From an uncultured Yersinia sp. (GTDB lineage: Bacteria > Pseudomonadota > Gammaproteobacteria > Enterobacterales > Enterobacteriaceae), in assembly GCA_964496225.1 (NCBI GenBank), contig CAZBYB010000001.1, positions 5,416 to 35,461 on the forward strand: 30,046 bases of DNA, given 5' to 3'. Each line of letters begins with the position of its first letter. The stretch's first letter is position 1. Both the position numbers and the translations under genes were made by a program. Positions 18,528 to 28,158 of the stretch are shown here, one piece after another. The notes beneath the pieces are model-generated. The model worked only from the letters and a program-made list of their open reading frames with translations, was not told the DNA's origin and made no database searches.

Positions 18528-18923
18528 ATGAAATCCCGGATAATAGAAATATATGCATTGCTTGTCTGTTTTTGTGCGGTAACTTGTTTAATGATTGCTA
18601 CAGGTACTTTTGGATATGCAATTTTTAAAATTGCAGCACCGGAATTAACCATGGAAACGTATGAATATAACCAGCATCAAAACAATGCCGCTTTTTGGAA
18701 AGATAAGTTGTCATGTGGATCACGAGGTGGGGATACACAGAATAGTGAAATAAAACCCGATGAGAATGAATTAACCCGACAGCGGTTAAGTTCGCTGGAT
18801 TTCGCCATACAGGCAGAAAAACGTGAGGGTATACAATCCGTTGTGCAATCGCTGATTTTTATATTAAGTTCCTGCATTGTACTTGCCGTACATGCAATGA
18901 TGGCAATAAAGAGTCGTCACTAA
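18528..18923 (+). CDS. Hypothetical two-TM membrane protein (131 aa)
   Basis: AGGTGA RBS before ATG 18528; N- and C-terminal hydrophobic helices around a polar loop; no family recognised with confidence. Confidence 0.75.
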   Translation: MKSRIIEIYALLVCFCAVTCLMIATGTFGYAIFKIAAPELTMETYEYNQHQNNAAFWKDKLSCGSRGGDTQNSEIKPDENELTRQRLSSLDFAIQAEKREGIQSVVQSLIFILSSCIVLAVHAMMAIKSRH

Positions 18924-18966
18924 ACATGTGGATGAAATGCAGCGCTTTACAGGTTGGCAGTTAATT

Positions 18967-20373
18967 TTATGTTCCTGTATAGCTACCCTTACTGATATTC
19001 TCCCCATCCTCAGGCTTCAGAGCCAAAAAGGACAATGCGGATAACATCGTTAATCCACCCAAGGTTAAAAAAGTATAATGCAGTGCCTGCCTGATAACAG
19101 CAGCATCACTTTGTGGCACATCACCCAGATACCAGGCCGTGATCAGGGTTCCACAGGCCAGACCAAAGCTCATGGACATCTGCTGCATGGAACTGGCAAT
19201 GGTAGTGGCCATACTGGCATCTGAAGTCCCGATGTCCGCCCAAGCTATGGAATTCATACTTGAGAACTGCAATGAATTAAAAGATCCCTGCAACAGGGCC
19301 AGAAAAACAATAAATACCACGGATGTATCGGGAGTAATACCCGCAAACCAACACAGAGTGATACCGATCATGACAGTATTGGCCCACAACACCCTGCGGT
19401 AGCCAAAACGTCGCAGGACACTGACTGAGATCAGTTTCATACTCATTGCCGCAGCAGCGGCAGGTACCATTAGCAATCCGGATTGCCATGGAGAAAACCC
19501 AAGGCCCAGCTGGTAAAAAAGCGGTAATAGAAACGGTAAACCTCCCAGCCCCAGTCTTGTCATAAATCCTCCCATGACTGATACACGGAAAGTGCGCACC
19601 CTGAACAGAGTCAAGCGTAATAGAGGGTTTTTTATATTGCCTGCATGGTAGACGTAAGCCGCCAACAGGATCAGGGAGAGCATTAATAGCAGGATGGCCG
19701 ACGTGGTACTCATATTATGTTCGCCGAACATTTCCAGCAGCCATGATAACAGGGCACTGCCAGCACCGAATAGAATAAAGCCAGTAATATCAAGAGGATG
19801 ATTTCCTTCACCATGATAATCTGGCATGTAGCGATGAATCAGGTATTGTGCTACTAAGCCTATCGGCACATTAATAAAAAAAATGACCCTCCATGGAAGC
19901 CAATGCACAATCAGACCACCTACAACGGGGCCAAGCAGTGGCCCGATTAAGGCTGGAATAATCACAAAATTCATGGCCCTGAATAATTCGGATTTTTCAA
20001 AAGTGCGGATAATGGCAAGGCGCCCCACTGGCATCATCATGGCGGCTCCTGTTCCCTGTAAAATACGCGCTGCAACCAGCATGGGGACATTTACAGATAA
20101 CCCACTGAGCATCGAAGCAAAAGTGAAAATCGCCACAGCCAGGCTGAATACACGCTTGACGCCAAAACGATCCGACATCCAGCCACTGATCGGGATGCCA
20201 ACAGCCAAACTTAGGATATAACTGGCCACAACGGCTTTCAGGCTGAGGGGTGCCACATGGAAATCTACGGCCATGGAAGGTATTGCTGTGCTCAGAATGG
20301 TTGTATCGAGCTGCTCCATGAACAACGTTATTGCGACCACCCACGGCAGATGACGTTTTACGTTTGGGTGCAT
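18967..20373 (-). CDS. DHA2-family (14-TM) MFS efflux transporter, HsrA/MdtD-like
   Basis: FMEQLDTTILSTAIP (motif D1), GWMSDRFGVKRVF (motif A), ARILQGTGAA, GPLLGPVVGG, WRVIFFINVPIG. Confidence 0.93.
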   Translation of the reverse strand: MHPNVKRHLPWVVAITLFMEQLDTTILSTAIPSMAVDFHVAPLSLKAVVASYILSLAVGIPISGWMSDRFGVKRVFSLAVAIFTFASMLSGLSVNVPMLVAARILQGTGAAMMMPVGRLAIIRTFEKSELFRAMNFVIIPALIGPLLGPVVGGLIVHWLPWRVIFFINVPIGLVAQYLIHRYMPDYHGEGNHPLDITGFILFGAGSALLSWLLEMFGEHNMSTTSAILLLMLSLILLAAYVYHAGNIKNPLLRLTLFRVRTFRVSVMGGFMTRLGLGGLPFLLPLFYQLGLGFSPWQSGLLMVPAAAAAMSMKLISVSVLRRFGYRRVLWANTVMIGITLCWFAGITPDTSVVFIVFLALLQGSFNSLQFSSMNSIAWADIGTSDASMATTIASSMQQMSMSFGLACGTLITAWYLGDVPQSDAAVIRQALHYTFLTLGGLTMLSALSFLALKPEDGENISKGSYTGT

Positions 20374-20434
20374 AGTTTATTAAATTTATTATAATAATCT
20401 TCTTTAACCGGAGAATCATTAGCCATGAAACTGC

Positions 20435-20469
20435 GCCAGGGACTGTATTTCCTAAACCCAGTCCCTGGC
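20435..20469. repeat. Perfect 11-bp inverted repeat (GCCAGGGACTG / CAGTCCCTGGC, 13-nt loop)
   Basis: Read directly; lies between the ybfA stop and the MFS start. Confidence 0.85.
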
Positions 20470-20588
20470 TGACGGCTATCGAATAGAGATATCTTTAGAC
20501 ATTTTCCGCGCATCGATTCGCGAAATCCGGTGCAGAACATGGCGGCGTACTGCGAGTATAAGGCCTCCTGAGGAAGGCTTGGGGGATA

Positions 20589-20789
20589 TCAGTAAAAATA
20601 ACCGCCTGTGAGTTCAGCTTGGTCTAACCATACTGGTTTATCACTGGTTTTCAGCCAGACTCGGTGCAGGTAACTATAAAAACGAGCACGATCACTACGA
20701 CAAAGCATAATAGGCAATGCCATCATACCTAACAGAATCACTGCACTACGACGCAAAATAACCTGATACAACGGATATATGTTATACAC
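20589..20789 (-). CDS. ybfA: YbfA family protein
   Basis: [27 protein letters not shown] is nearly identical to the E. coli YbfA C-terminal half. Confidence 0.92.
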   Translation of the reverse strand: MYNIYPLYQVILRRSAVILLGMMALPIMLCRSDRARFYSYLHRVWLKTSDKPVWLDQAELTGGYFY

Positions 20790-21205
20790 AAAACCCCCTC
20801 AAAAACGTTTTATTATTCAATAAAGCCTATCAGGCAACATAAAAACGTTACCAAAGCCAAGAAAACATCACCTGTAACGTGTATAAAATACTAGCACCTG
20901 TGATGAAGTTTAACCACGTGCCAGGAAAATTAAAACCATGGATGATTATTAACTAATTGATAGTTAATAAAATAATAAATAAGGAAAATAATAATATGAC
21001 ATTGATGTATATAGCCAAATGTTACACCTCACCATTGACATGGTGTGGCACATTAACCCCACGACATTGCTAATCAAGTCAATTAAAGACGTCAAGGTGG
21101 GTGATGGCAGCGAGGAACAAAATATCACTGCAGTTAATGAATTGACTAAAAAACAGAAATAAAATCATTAATGGGCAGGATTGGACTATCGATGGACTGG
21201 CGGCA

Positions 21206-22852
21206 TCAGTGTTCAACTTCAGCCAAGGTTGCATTCACTATTTCCAGGGCTTCACGTTCAATTTTTTCACGATGCGCGTCACCAAGAAAACTTTCACAGT
21301 AAATTTTATAGGCAGCCTCAGTACCGGAAGGACGAGCGGCAAACCAGCCATTGGCGGTGATCACTTTCAGACCACCAATGGCTTCACCATTTCCAGGGGC
21401 AACAGTTAAACAGGCCGTAATCCCATCACCAGCCAGAGTACTGGCTTTAATACTGTCCGGTGAAAGTTGTGCCAACGCATTTTTCTGTACCTGAGTCGCC
21501 TGTGCCTGGAGACGGCGATAACTGGGTGCACCAAAGCGTTCTGTCAGAACGTCATAATGGTACTGTGGATTTTCACCAGTCACTACCGTGATTTCTGCCG
21601 CCAGCAGACACAGGATAATACCGTCTTTATCAGTAGACCAGCTGCTGCCATCAAAGCGTAGAAACGAAGCACCCGCGCTCTCTTCACCGGCAAAACCCAA
21701 GCTACCGTTGTGCAGGCCATCAACAAACCACTTGAAGCCCACCGGCATCTCAATCAGATGACGCCGCAAATCTGCCACAACCCGATCGATCATGGCACTG
21801 GATACCAGAGTTTTACCTACAGCCACTTGCTCTTTCCACTGTGGACGGTGCTGGAACAGGTAATGGATCGCCACCGCCAGGTAATGATTGGGGTTCATTA
21901 AGCCCTGTGGGGTTACAATGCCATGGCGATCGTAATCAGGATCATTGGCAAAGGCCAAATCAAATTTATCGCGTAATGCCAGCAAACCTGCCATTGCGTA
22001 TTCGGAAGAACAGTCCATACGAATCACACCATCCTGATCCAAGGGCATGAAACGAAATGTCTGATCAATAGCATCATTCACCAACATCAAATCCAGCTTG
22101 TAATGTTCAGCAATACGTTGCCAGTAAGCGATGCCCGATCCCCCCAGAGGATCAACACCTAATTTAAGGTGCCCATTGGCAAGAGCGGACATATCGACAA
22201 CATCAGTTAAAGCTTCAACATAAGGCATCAGCAGATCCTGTGCATGCAAATAATTTCCTTGCCATGCCTGATCCAGTGACTGGCGTCTGACACCCTGTAA
22301 CGCTTGGTTTATCAGTTGATTGGCGCGTTTTTCGATAGCTACCGTTAAATATCTGTCCGCAGGACCCCCATTGGCGGCATTATACTTAATACCCCCATCT
22401 TCCGGAGGATTATGAGATGGGGTGATGATAATGCCATCCGCCAGCCCTTTCCCCTGACGGTTATGACAGAGAATAGCATTAGAGATAACCGGCGTAGGTG
22501 TAAAGCCGTTATTTTCCTGCACTATGACCTCAACGGCATTGGCTGTCAGCACCTCCAGCACCGAGATCAATGCCGGCTCCGACAACGCATGCGTATCCTT
22601 GCCAACATAACAGGGACCGCTAATACCTAACTGATGACGGACTTCAACAATCGCTTGGGCAATCGCCAGAATATGCGTTTCATTGAAACTGTGATGGGAT
22701 GCACTGCCACGGTGCCCGGATGTGCCAAATTTTACCGCATGCTGTGCATTACCTGCCTCCGGACGCAGTACATAATACTGGGATATCAGCTCTGCCACAT
22801 TAATCAGATCACTTTGCCGGGCTGGCTGTCCGGCACGAGGGTGAAGGCTCAT
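21206..22852 (-). CDS. pgm: Phosphoglucomutase
   Basis: FGTSGHRG, catalytic TPSHNP, metal loop DPDYDR, GEESAG, RPSGTE. Confidence 0.97.
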   Translation of the reverse strand: MSLHPRAGQPARQSDLINVAELISQYYVLRPEAGNAQHAVKFGTSGHRGSASHHSFNETHILAIAQAIVEVRHQLGISGPCYVGKDTHALSEPALISVLEVLTANAVEVIVQENNGFTPTPVISNAILCHNRQGKGLADGIIITPSHNPPEDGGIKYNAANGGPADRYLTVAIEKRANQLINQALQGVRRQSLDQAWQGNYLHAQDLLMPYVEALTDVVDMSALANGHLKLGVDPLGGSGIAYWQRIAEHYKLDLMLVNDAIDQTFRFMPLDQDGVIRMDCSSEYAMAGLLALRDKFDLAFANDPDYDRHGIVTPQGLMNPNHYLAVAIHYLFQHRPQWKEQVAVGKTLVSSAMIDRVVADLRRHLIEMPVGFKWFVDGLHNGSLGFAGEESAGASFLRFDGSSWSTDKDGIILCLLAAEITVVTGENPQYHYDVLTERFGAPSYRRLQAQATQVQKNALAQLSPDSIKASTLAGDGITACLTVAPGNGEAIGGLKVITANGWFAARPSGTEAAYKIYCESFLGDAHREKIEREALEIVNATLAEVEH

Positions 22853-22935
22853 GGTACTTCCTCATTATTTCCACACAACGCTCTGCAACCACCTGCAAGT
22901 GATCTACACCCTGCTCACGGTCCTACAACAGACTC

Positions 22936-23454
22936 TTAAAGAGTAGCACAGACATTTTCGATTATATCATCAGGAAACTGCATGGCTGACATAATGTACT
23001 GTACCATCGTACGTTTACGATCAGTATTAGTATTGGTAATCACCCACCACGGGGTGCCAGGTACTTGTTTTGGTTTGCTCTGTGTGCCATGCCTGAGCAG
23101 TGTCTGTGGATCGCTGGCAAAATAAGTTCGGGTACGGCCATGCAGTGATCGCGTGGCCATGGCGAATTCGCTGGCTTGCAGTGCATATAATGCCGACAGT
23201 ATCGACATGAAACGATTGACAGCCTTACGTTGCCCTCTGTACTCATCAGACAATAGCAGTTTACGCAGCATACGTACCCGATCATTTGATGATGTTGTTC
23301 CTGTGCTATCGACCACCTTGTCAGCTAATAACACCGGCTGCTCGATGGTAAACTTTAACATCCGCCGTAAAATATCAGACGCATTTTCACCAATATGCCG
23401 GGTATGGCTGGCTATATAGCGGTAAAGATCTTCATCTACTTCAATTGTTTTCAT
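22936..23454 (-). CDS. seqA: Replication initiation negative regulator SeqA
   Basis: MKTIEVDEDLYRYIAS..ASDILRRML; GRTRTYFA; WWVITNTNT; upstream of pgm. Confidence 0.97.
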   Translation of the reverse strand: MKTIEVDEDLYRYIASHTRHIGENASDILRRMLKFTIEQPVLLADKVVDSTGTTSSNDRVRMLRKLLLSDEYRGQRKAVNRFMSILSALYALQASEFAMATRSLHGRTRTYFASDPQTLLRHGTQSKPKQVPGTPWWVITNTNTDRKRTMVQYIMSAMQFPDDIIENVCATL

Positions 23455-23534
23455 TGTGATTGCAGTACTGATTTTCTGATTTAATCCCCCTTATGATACA
23501 CTAACCCTCCTGTTTATCATCAGACGAATGCATC

Positions 23535-24293
23535 ATGAATTTAAATTATCGCTTGCAGGGCACACAAAAGGCGATGCATTTACCGGTAATATTACTGCAC
23601 GGCCTGTTTGGTAGTCTGGATAACCTTGGTACTTTGGGCCGTGCATTGCAACAGGACAGGCATATCATCAGCATTGATCTGCGTAATCATGGGCTTTCTG
23701 CACATGATGCCGAAATGAATTACCCCATTATGGCACGGGACGTGTTAGCACTGCTGGATAAATTACAGATAGAAAAAGCCACTATTATTGGCCATTCCAT
23801 GGGCGGCAAAGTCGCCATGGCGATGAGCGCCATCGCTGCTGCACGCATTGATAAACTCATTATTATTGATATTGCACCCATCGCTTATCAAACCCGGAGG
23901 CACGATGACATTTTTGCTGCTTTGAAGGCGGTAACGGATGCCGGGATAACCCAACGTTCACAGGCTGCACAGCTGATGCGTACTTTCCTGGCGCAGGATG
24001 CGGTAATTGCGTTTTTACTGAAATCCTTTCATGGCGGAGCCTGGCGTTTTAACCTGAATGTTCTGATAAATCAATATGAGCATATACTCAGCTGGCAACG
24101 CGTACCCGCATGGCCACATCCGGTGCTGTTCATAAAGGGGGAACGTTCTTCTTATATACAGGATACGTATTTTGACGACATCGCAAGTCAGTTCCCACAA
24201 GCACGTGCTCATGTAATTGCCGGTAGCAGTCATTGGGTTCATGCTGAAAAACCGGCCATCCTGCTACGGGTTATCCAGCGTTTTTTGACTTAA
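23535..24293 (+). CDS. ybfF: Alpha/beta hydrolase esterase YbfF
   Basis: HGLFGS, DLRNHG, nucleophile GHSMGG, IDIAP, HWVHAEKP; divergent from seqA. Confidence 0.94.
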   Translation: MNLNYRLQGTQKAMHLPVILLHGLFGSLDNLGTLGRALQQDRHIISIDLRNHGLSAHDAEMNYPIMARDVLALLDKLQIEKATIIGHSMGGKVAMAMSAIAAARIDKLIIIDIAPIAYQTRRHDDIFAALKAVTDAGITQRSQAAQLMRTFLAQDAVIAFLLKSFHGGAWRFNLNVLINQYEHILSWQRVPAWPHPVLFIKGERSSYIQDTYFDDIASQFPQARAHVIAGSSHWVHAEKPAILLRVIQRFLT

Positions 24294-24553
24294 AACCACG
24301 CATTATGAATTTACCATTCCTGTACCAATCTTATGATGTGCTACCCATATGACCAGCTGATTACAACCCGACCATAGTCTTGAATATATCGTCCAGAATA
24401 TGCTTTGTTAACATGCACATGGGCAACAAACCTCACTGCAAACGGACTGAATCGCCCAATATTGCATAAACTTGATTAAATTGAGAGAAATTTCTGGCAT
24501 GATAATGGCCGTGAAAAAATAACGGGTACTATTTTACCAGGGTTAAAAGCGAT

Positions 24554-25078
24554 ATGACAGCTGTAGGCATTTTCTTTGGTTCTGACACTGGCAATACTGA
24601 AAATATTGCCAAAACGATTCAAATACAATTGGGCAAAGGGACTGCTGAAGTTCATGATATTGCCAAAAGCAGTAAAGAAACGCTGGAGCGCTTTGACATA
24701 TTACTGTTCGGTATCCCAACTTGGTATTACGGTGAAGCTCAGTGCGACTGGGATGATTTCTTTCCTACCCTGTCACAGATAAATTTCAATGGTAAACTTG
24801 TCGCGCTTTTTGGTTGTGGTGATCAGGAGGACTACGCGGAGTATTTCTGTGATGCCATGGGCACAGTGCGTGATATCATCGAACCACAGGGGGCCACCAT
24901 TGTTGGCCAATGGCCTGTTACAGGTTACCACTTTGAAGCCTCCCGCGGTCTGGCAGATAATGGTCACTTTATTGGTTTGGCCATTGATGAAGATCGACAG
25001 CCTGAACTAACAGATGAACGTGTCAGAACTTGGGTTAGACAGATTGTCCAGGAACTCCAGTTGTCGAATGTTATCTAA
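24554..25078 (+). CDS. fldA: Flavodoxin FldA
   Basis: FFGSDTGNTE FMN loop, GIPTWYYGE, GCGDQEDYAEYFCDA. Confidence 0.97.
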   Translation: MTAVGIFFGSDTGNTENIAKTIQIQLGKGTAEVHDIAKSSKETLERFDILLFGIPTWYYGEAQCDWDDFFPTLSQINFNGKLVALFGCGDQEDYAEYFCDAMGTVRDIIEPQGATIVGQWPVTGYHFEASRGLADNGHFIGLAIDEDRQPELTDERVRTWVRQIVQELQLSNVI

Positions 25079-25146
25079 TCGCAAGATGCAATAACCCTTA
25101 TATAACCTGGCAATAAGGCACGGTGATAAATCCTCTGAAGTATGTA

Positions 25147-25212
25147 ATGATATTGCTGTTAATGACCGCCGGTTTTTATTCACAGGACTCAAACCCGCAT
25201 GAGCGACAATAA
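25147..25212 (+). CDS. Possible fur leader peptide (uof-like, 21 aa)
   Basis: MILLLMTAGFYSQDSNPHERQ* overlaps the fur start in the same relative frame as E. coli uof (CCG CAT G..); sequence similarity otherwise low. Confidence 0.3.
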   Translation: MILLLMTAGFYSQDSNPHERQ

Positions 25213-25645
25213 TAAAGCATTAAAAAACGCTGGCCTGAAAGTCACATTACCGCGTCTCAAGATCCTTGAAGTACTACAAGACCCGGCATGTCATCACATC
25301 AGTGCCGAAGATATCTACAAACGGCTCATCGATATTGGTGAAGAAATTGGTTTGGCAACGGTTTACCGCGTATTGAATCAGTTTGATGATGCCGGTATTG
25401 TCACCCGCCACAATTTTGAAGGCGGCAAGTCTGTCTTTGAGCTTACGCAACAACATCACCATGATCATCTGATTTGCCTGGATTGTGGCAAAGTTATTGA
25501 ATTCAGTGATGAGCCCATTGAATTACGCCAGCGTGACATCGCCAGACAGCATGGCATAAAATTAACCAACCACAGCCTGTATCTTTACGGACATTGCGAA
25601 AAAGGGAACTGTCGTAAGGATGAATCACTACACGATATCCGATAA
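25199..25645 (+). CDS. fur: Ferric uptake regulator Fur
   Basis: GLKVTLPRLKIL, IGLATVYRVL, HHHDHLICLDCG. Confidence 0.98.
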   Translation: MSDNNKALKNAGLKVTLPRLKILEVLQDPACHHISAEDIYKRLIDIGEEIGLATVYRVLNQFDDAGIVTRHNFEGGKSVFELTQQHHHDHLICLDCGKVIEFSDEPIELRQRDIARQHGIKLTNHSLYLYGHCEKGNCRKDESLHDIR

Positions 25646-26030
25646 CACCTGTCTTAAAATGTAAGGCAACACCACGTTACTGACAAAGTCAAAAAGGAAT
25701 GCCCCGGATTTTTGGATAAAAATAGATCTGCAGGCGTTTCAATACTGATATTACTCAGAACCTGAGCCTGTACTACAACCAGTATATTTCCGAAGCAATC
25801 CGTATGTATTGTGGTACTCAGTTGTTAGCTATTGAAGCGTATTGTCTATGACCCGCAAAACGACAGCCATATCCATGAACCACCGCACCCTATAAAAATA
25901 ACCTAATAGATACCATCGCGCGTAGTGCAATGGCATCAACAGGGTAATGCAATCTTTTGCAGGCTTTTTTACAAAGCCTCACTTAAATCCAACCGCTCCT
26001 GAACAGACCCTAAATCAGGCTGACATAGAT

Positions 26031-26390
26031 TCAACAAGGATTAGGCACACTAAGGGTTTCAGCAATGGCAACACCAACATCTTTCAAACGGCAGATCACC
26101 GCACTTTCATCACGGCAGGATACAAACAGACAGGGATCTTCTTCCCACTCAATGATTGCACTATCAATCCGAATTTCCTGCAATGAATGATGGAGCCATT
26201 GCATAACATTTATGGCATGAATTCCGGTATAACCCAGTAACCTTAGCCCCAGCAATTTATTATTTTCATCCATAGCTACCGGTGGCAGTGGTTCTACCTG
26301 TATACCAGTATAACCAGACAACCAACGATAACTTTGCGGTAGACGATACACTACCGGACGATCCACTACCGAAAGTTGGAACTTACTCAC
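26031..26390 (-). CDS. yejG: YejG family protein
   Basis: QLSVV..RLPQSYRW..CLFV..CRLKDVGVAIAE matches YejG; carries a 5-aa insertion. Confidence 0.88.
   Translation of the reverse strand: MSKFQLSVVDRPVVYRLPQSYRWLSGYTGIQVEPLPPVAMDENNKLLGLRLLGYTGIHAINVMQWLHHSLQEIRIDSAIIEWEEDPCLFVSCRDESAVICRLKDVGVAIAETLSVPNPC
26342..26371. repeat. 15-bp tandem duplication inside yejG
   Basis: GACGATACACTACCG GACGATCCACTACCG (one mismatch). Confidence 0.85.
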
Positions 26391-26594
26391 ATGATGTCCC
26401 TAATTAATAATCAAAAAATGATTAATTACTCAAAAACCACAACATAAATTAACTTACTAGCACTAATAAACACTAACACAGTATCCCGTTTCAATAATCC
26501 ATCAACAAAACTTGTATCCATAATAACAAAGATCAACCTGTACCGAACGCTATCGTCTGAATCTGGATTATTGAGGAAAAAAAAGAACGTTAGT

Positions 26595-27305
26595 TTAACG
26601 CCTTGACACAGCCATACTGGTAATTTCTTGCTCCGTCAAGCTACGGTATTGCCCTGCAGCCAGAGAGTCATCCAAAATTATTTTACCAATACGTTCACGG
26701 TGCAAGTTGGTAACCAAATTACCGCATGCAGCAAACATGCGTTTTACCTGATGATAGCGCCCCTCACTCAGGGTTAAACGCATTAATCCAGACTGCAATA
26801 CTATAAGCTGTGCGGGTTTGGTCAGTGTCTTCTCACCACGAAGCTGAACGCCTGCCATAAACTGGCGGACAATGTCATCAACTATTATTGGATATTTTAA
26901 GGTCACCAGGTAGGTTTTCTCACAATGATATTTAGGGGAAGTGACCCGATGTGACCATTGGCCATCATCAGTCAGTAATACTAACCCGGTGGTATCAATA
27001 TCCAAACGCCCTACAGTATGTAATTTATGAGCTGCGGGTTCATCAAGTAAATGCAATACTGTCGGATGATGAGGGTCTGTGGTAGAACAAACATAGCATT
27101 GTGGTTTATTCAGCATAAAATAACGGTGGCCAAGCGGCTGATGAAGCAGATTCCCGCCACAGGTCACCGTCTGCTGATGCGTAATTTTAACCGCACCATC
27201 TTTAACAATGCTACCATCTACAGTGACCCTGCACGCCCGTAATTCCCTGGTAATCAAGCTGCGACTCATCCCAAGCTGTTGTGATAAAAACCTGTCCAAG
27301 CGCAT
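26595..27305 (-). CDS. rsuA: 16S rRNA pseudouridine(516) synthase RsuA
   Basis: [10 protein letters not shown]4 domain start at 27305, YFMLNKPQ, catalytic [21 protein letters not shown]. Confidence 0.96.
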   Translation of the reverse strand: MRLDRFLSQQLGMSRSLITRELRACRVTVDGSIVKDGAVKITHQQTVTCGGNLLHQPLGHRYFMLNKPQCYVCSTTDPHHPTVLHLLDEPAAHKLHTVGRLDIDTTGLVLLTDDGQWSHRVTSPKYHCEKTYLVTLKYPIIVDDIVRQFMAGVQLRGEKTLTKPAQLIVLQSGLMRLTLSEGRYHQVKRMFAACGNLVTNLHRERIGKIILDDSLAAGQYRSLTEQEITSMAVSRR

Positions 27306-27423
27306 GCAATCCCTTTTGTCTATCCGTGGCATATGAATCATACTAACGTATACAATCAGCAGTATGCACAGAGTTTGCTTTAAGGCAATCAGTAAAATTG
27401 CATACCGATACCCTGTTGGGTAA

Positions 27424-27478
27424 TAAAGGATATCTATCAAAAGAGTATGCCGTGAAAAATTTTGATTTCTACAACAGG
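27424..27478 (+). pseudogene. Possible trace of the radD (yejH) 3' end
   Basis: Broken frames KG-Y..REK/FDFYNR loosely resemble the RadD C-terminus (KGxYW..REKxFDY.GR) at the syntenic position; very weak. Confidence 0.2.
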
Positions 27479-27640
27479 CCTTCTCCTGAAGACTCCTTAA
27501 TATCCATTTGCTGTCAATGCTACATTAAGCTAGAATGCCGACCAGATTGACGTTGCATGACAGGCCTGTTTGGCCAGATTAGCATTTTATGCCAAGCCAC
27601 TGTATCACTTGTGGCGCCGTGACGATTTTAGGAAAAAACG

Positions 27641-27925
27641 ATGTTCACTATCAATGTAGAAGTGCGTAAAGAACAGGGGAAGGGCGCAAGTCGTCGTTTG
27701 CGTATTGCTGGTAAATTTCCAGCTATCGTTTATGGTGGAAAAAAAGCGCCGATTGCCATTGAACTTGATCATGATACGACCAAAAACTTGGAAGTAAAAC
27801 CAAATTTTTATGGCGAAACATTAGCCCTTGTTATCGATGGTCAGACAACCAACGTAAAAGTACAGGCAGTTCAGCGCCATCCATTCAAACCAAAGCTGAC
27901 ACATATCGACTTCATACGCGTTTAA
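27641..27925 (+). CDS. rplY: 50S ribosomal protein L25
   Basis: [33 protein letters not shown]; short 94-aa enterobacterial form. Confidence 0.98.
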   Translation: MFTINVEVRKEQGKGASRRLRIAGKFPAIVYGGKKAPIAIELDHDTTKNLEVKPNFYGETLALVIDGQTTNVKVQAVQRHPFKPKLTHIDFIRV

Positions 27926-27961
27926 ACTATCACGCCAAGCACTCAGATTTCAGGTCAAGAC

Positions 27962-27988
27962 GGATGCTGGTTTTCATGATCAGCATCC
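27962..27988. terminator. Stem-loop downstream of rplY
   Basis: GGATGCTG / CAGCATCC 8-bp stem, 11-nt loop, 36 bp after the rplY stop; weak U-tract. Confidence 0.4.
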
Positions 27989-28158
27989 TGTTACGTTGTG
28001 TGCCAACATGATTTCTGACCATAGTTTTAAAAATGCTGCATACTCAGAATAACAGCTTACCTCGTTTGAATATCAAGGGGAAAACAGCAAAAATAAAAAA
28101 GGCGTTATATATGTCCCCCTGACTATCACGCAGTTTTAATAGGGAACAAATCTAATTT

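Noticed and set aside
20873-20890. KdpE-box-like sequence upstream of ybfA
   Set aside because: Wrong spacing and orientation relative to the E. coli kdp site; likely chance in AT-rich DNA.
24294-24553. ybfE between ybfF and fldA
   Set aside because: No open frame or recognisable YbfE sequence; treated as lost or eroded.
25646-26030. Remnants of chiQ/chiP or yejF in the fur-yejG spacer, and the 79-aa ORF 25947..26186
   Set aside because: Only faint, non-diagnostic resemblance; the ORF overlaps yejG antisense.
27306-27440. 45-aa N-terminal extension of rsuA in the ORF track
   Set aside because: RsuA similarity begins at MRLDRFLSQ (27305); the extension starts at a TTG and resembles nothing I recognise.
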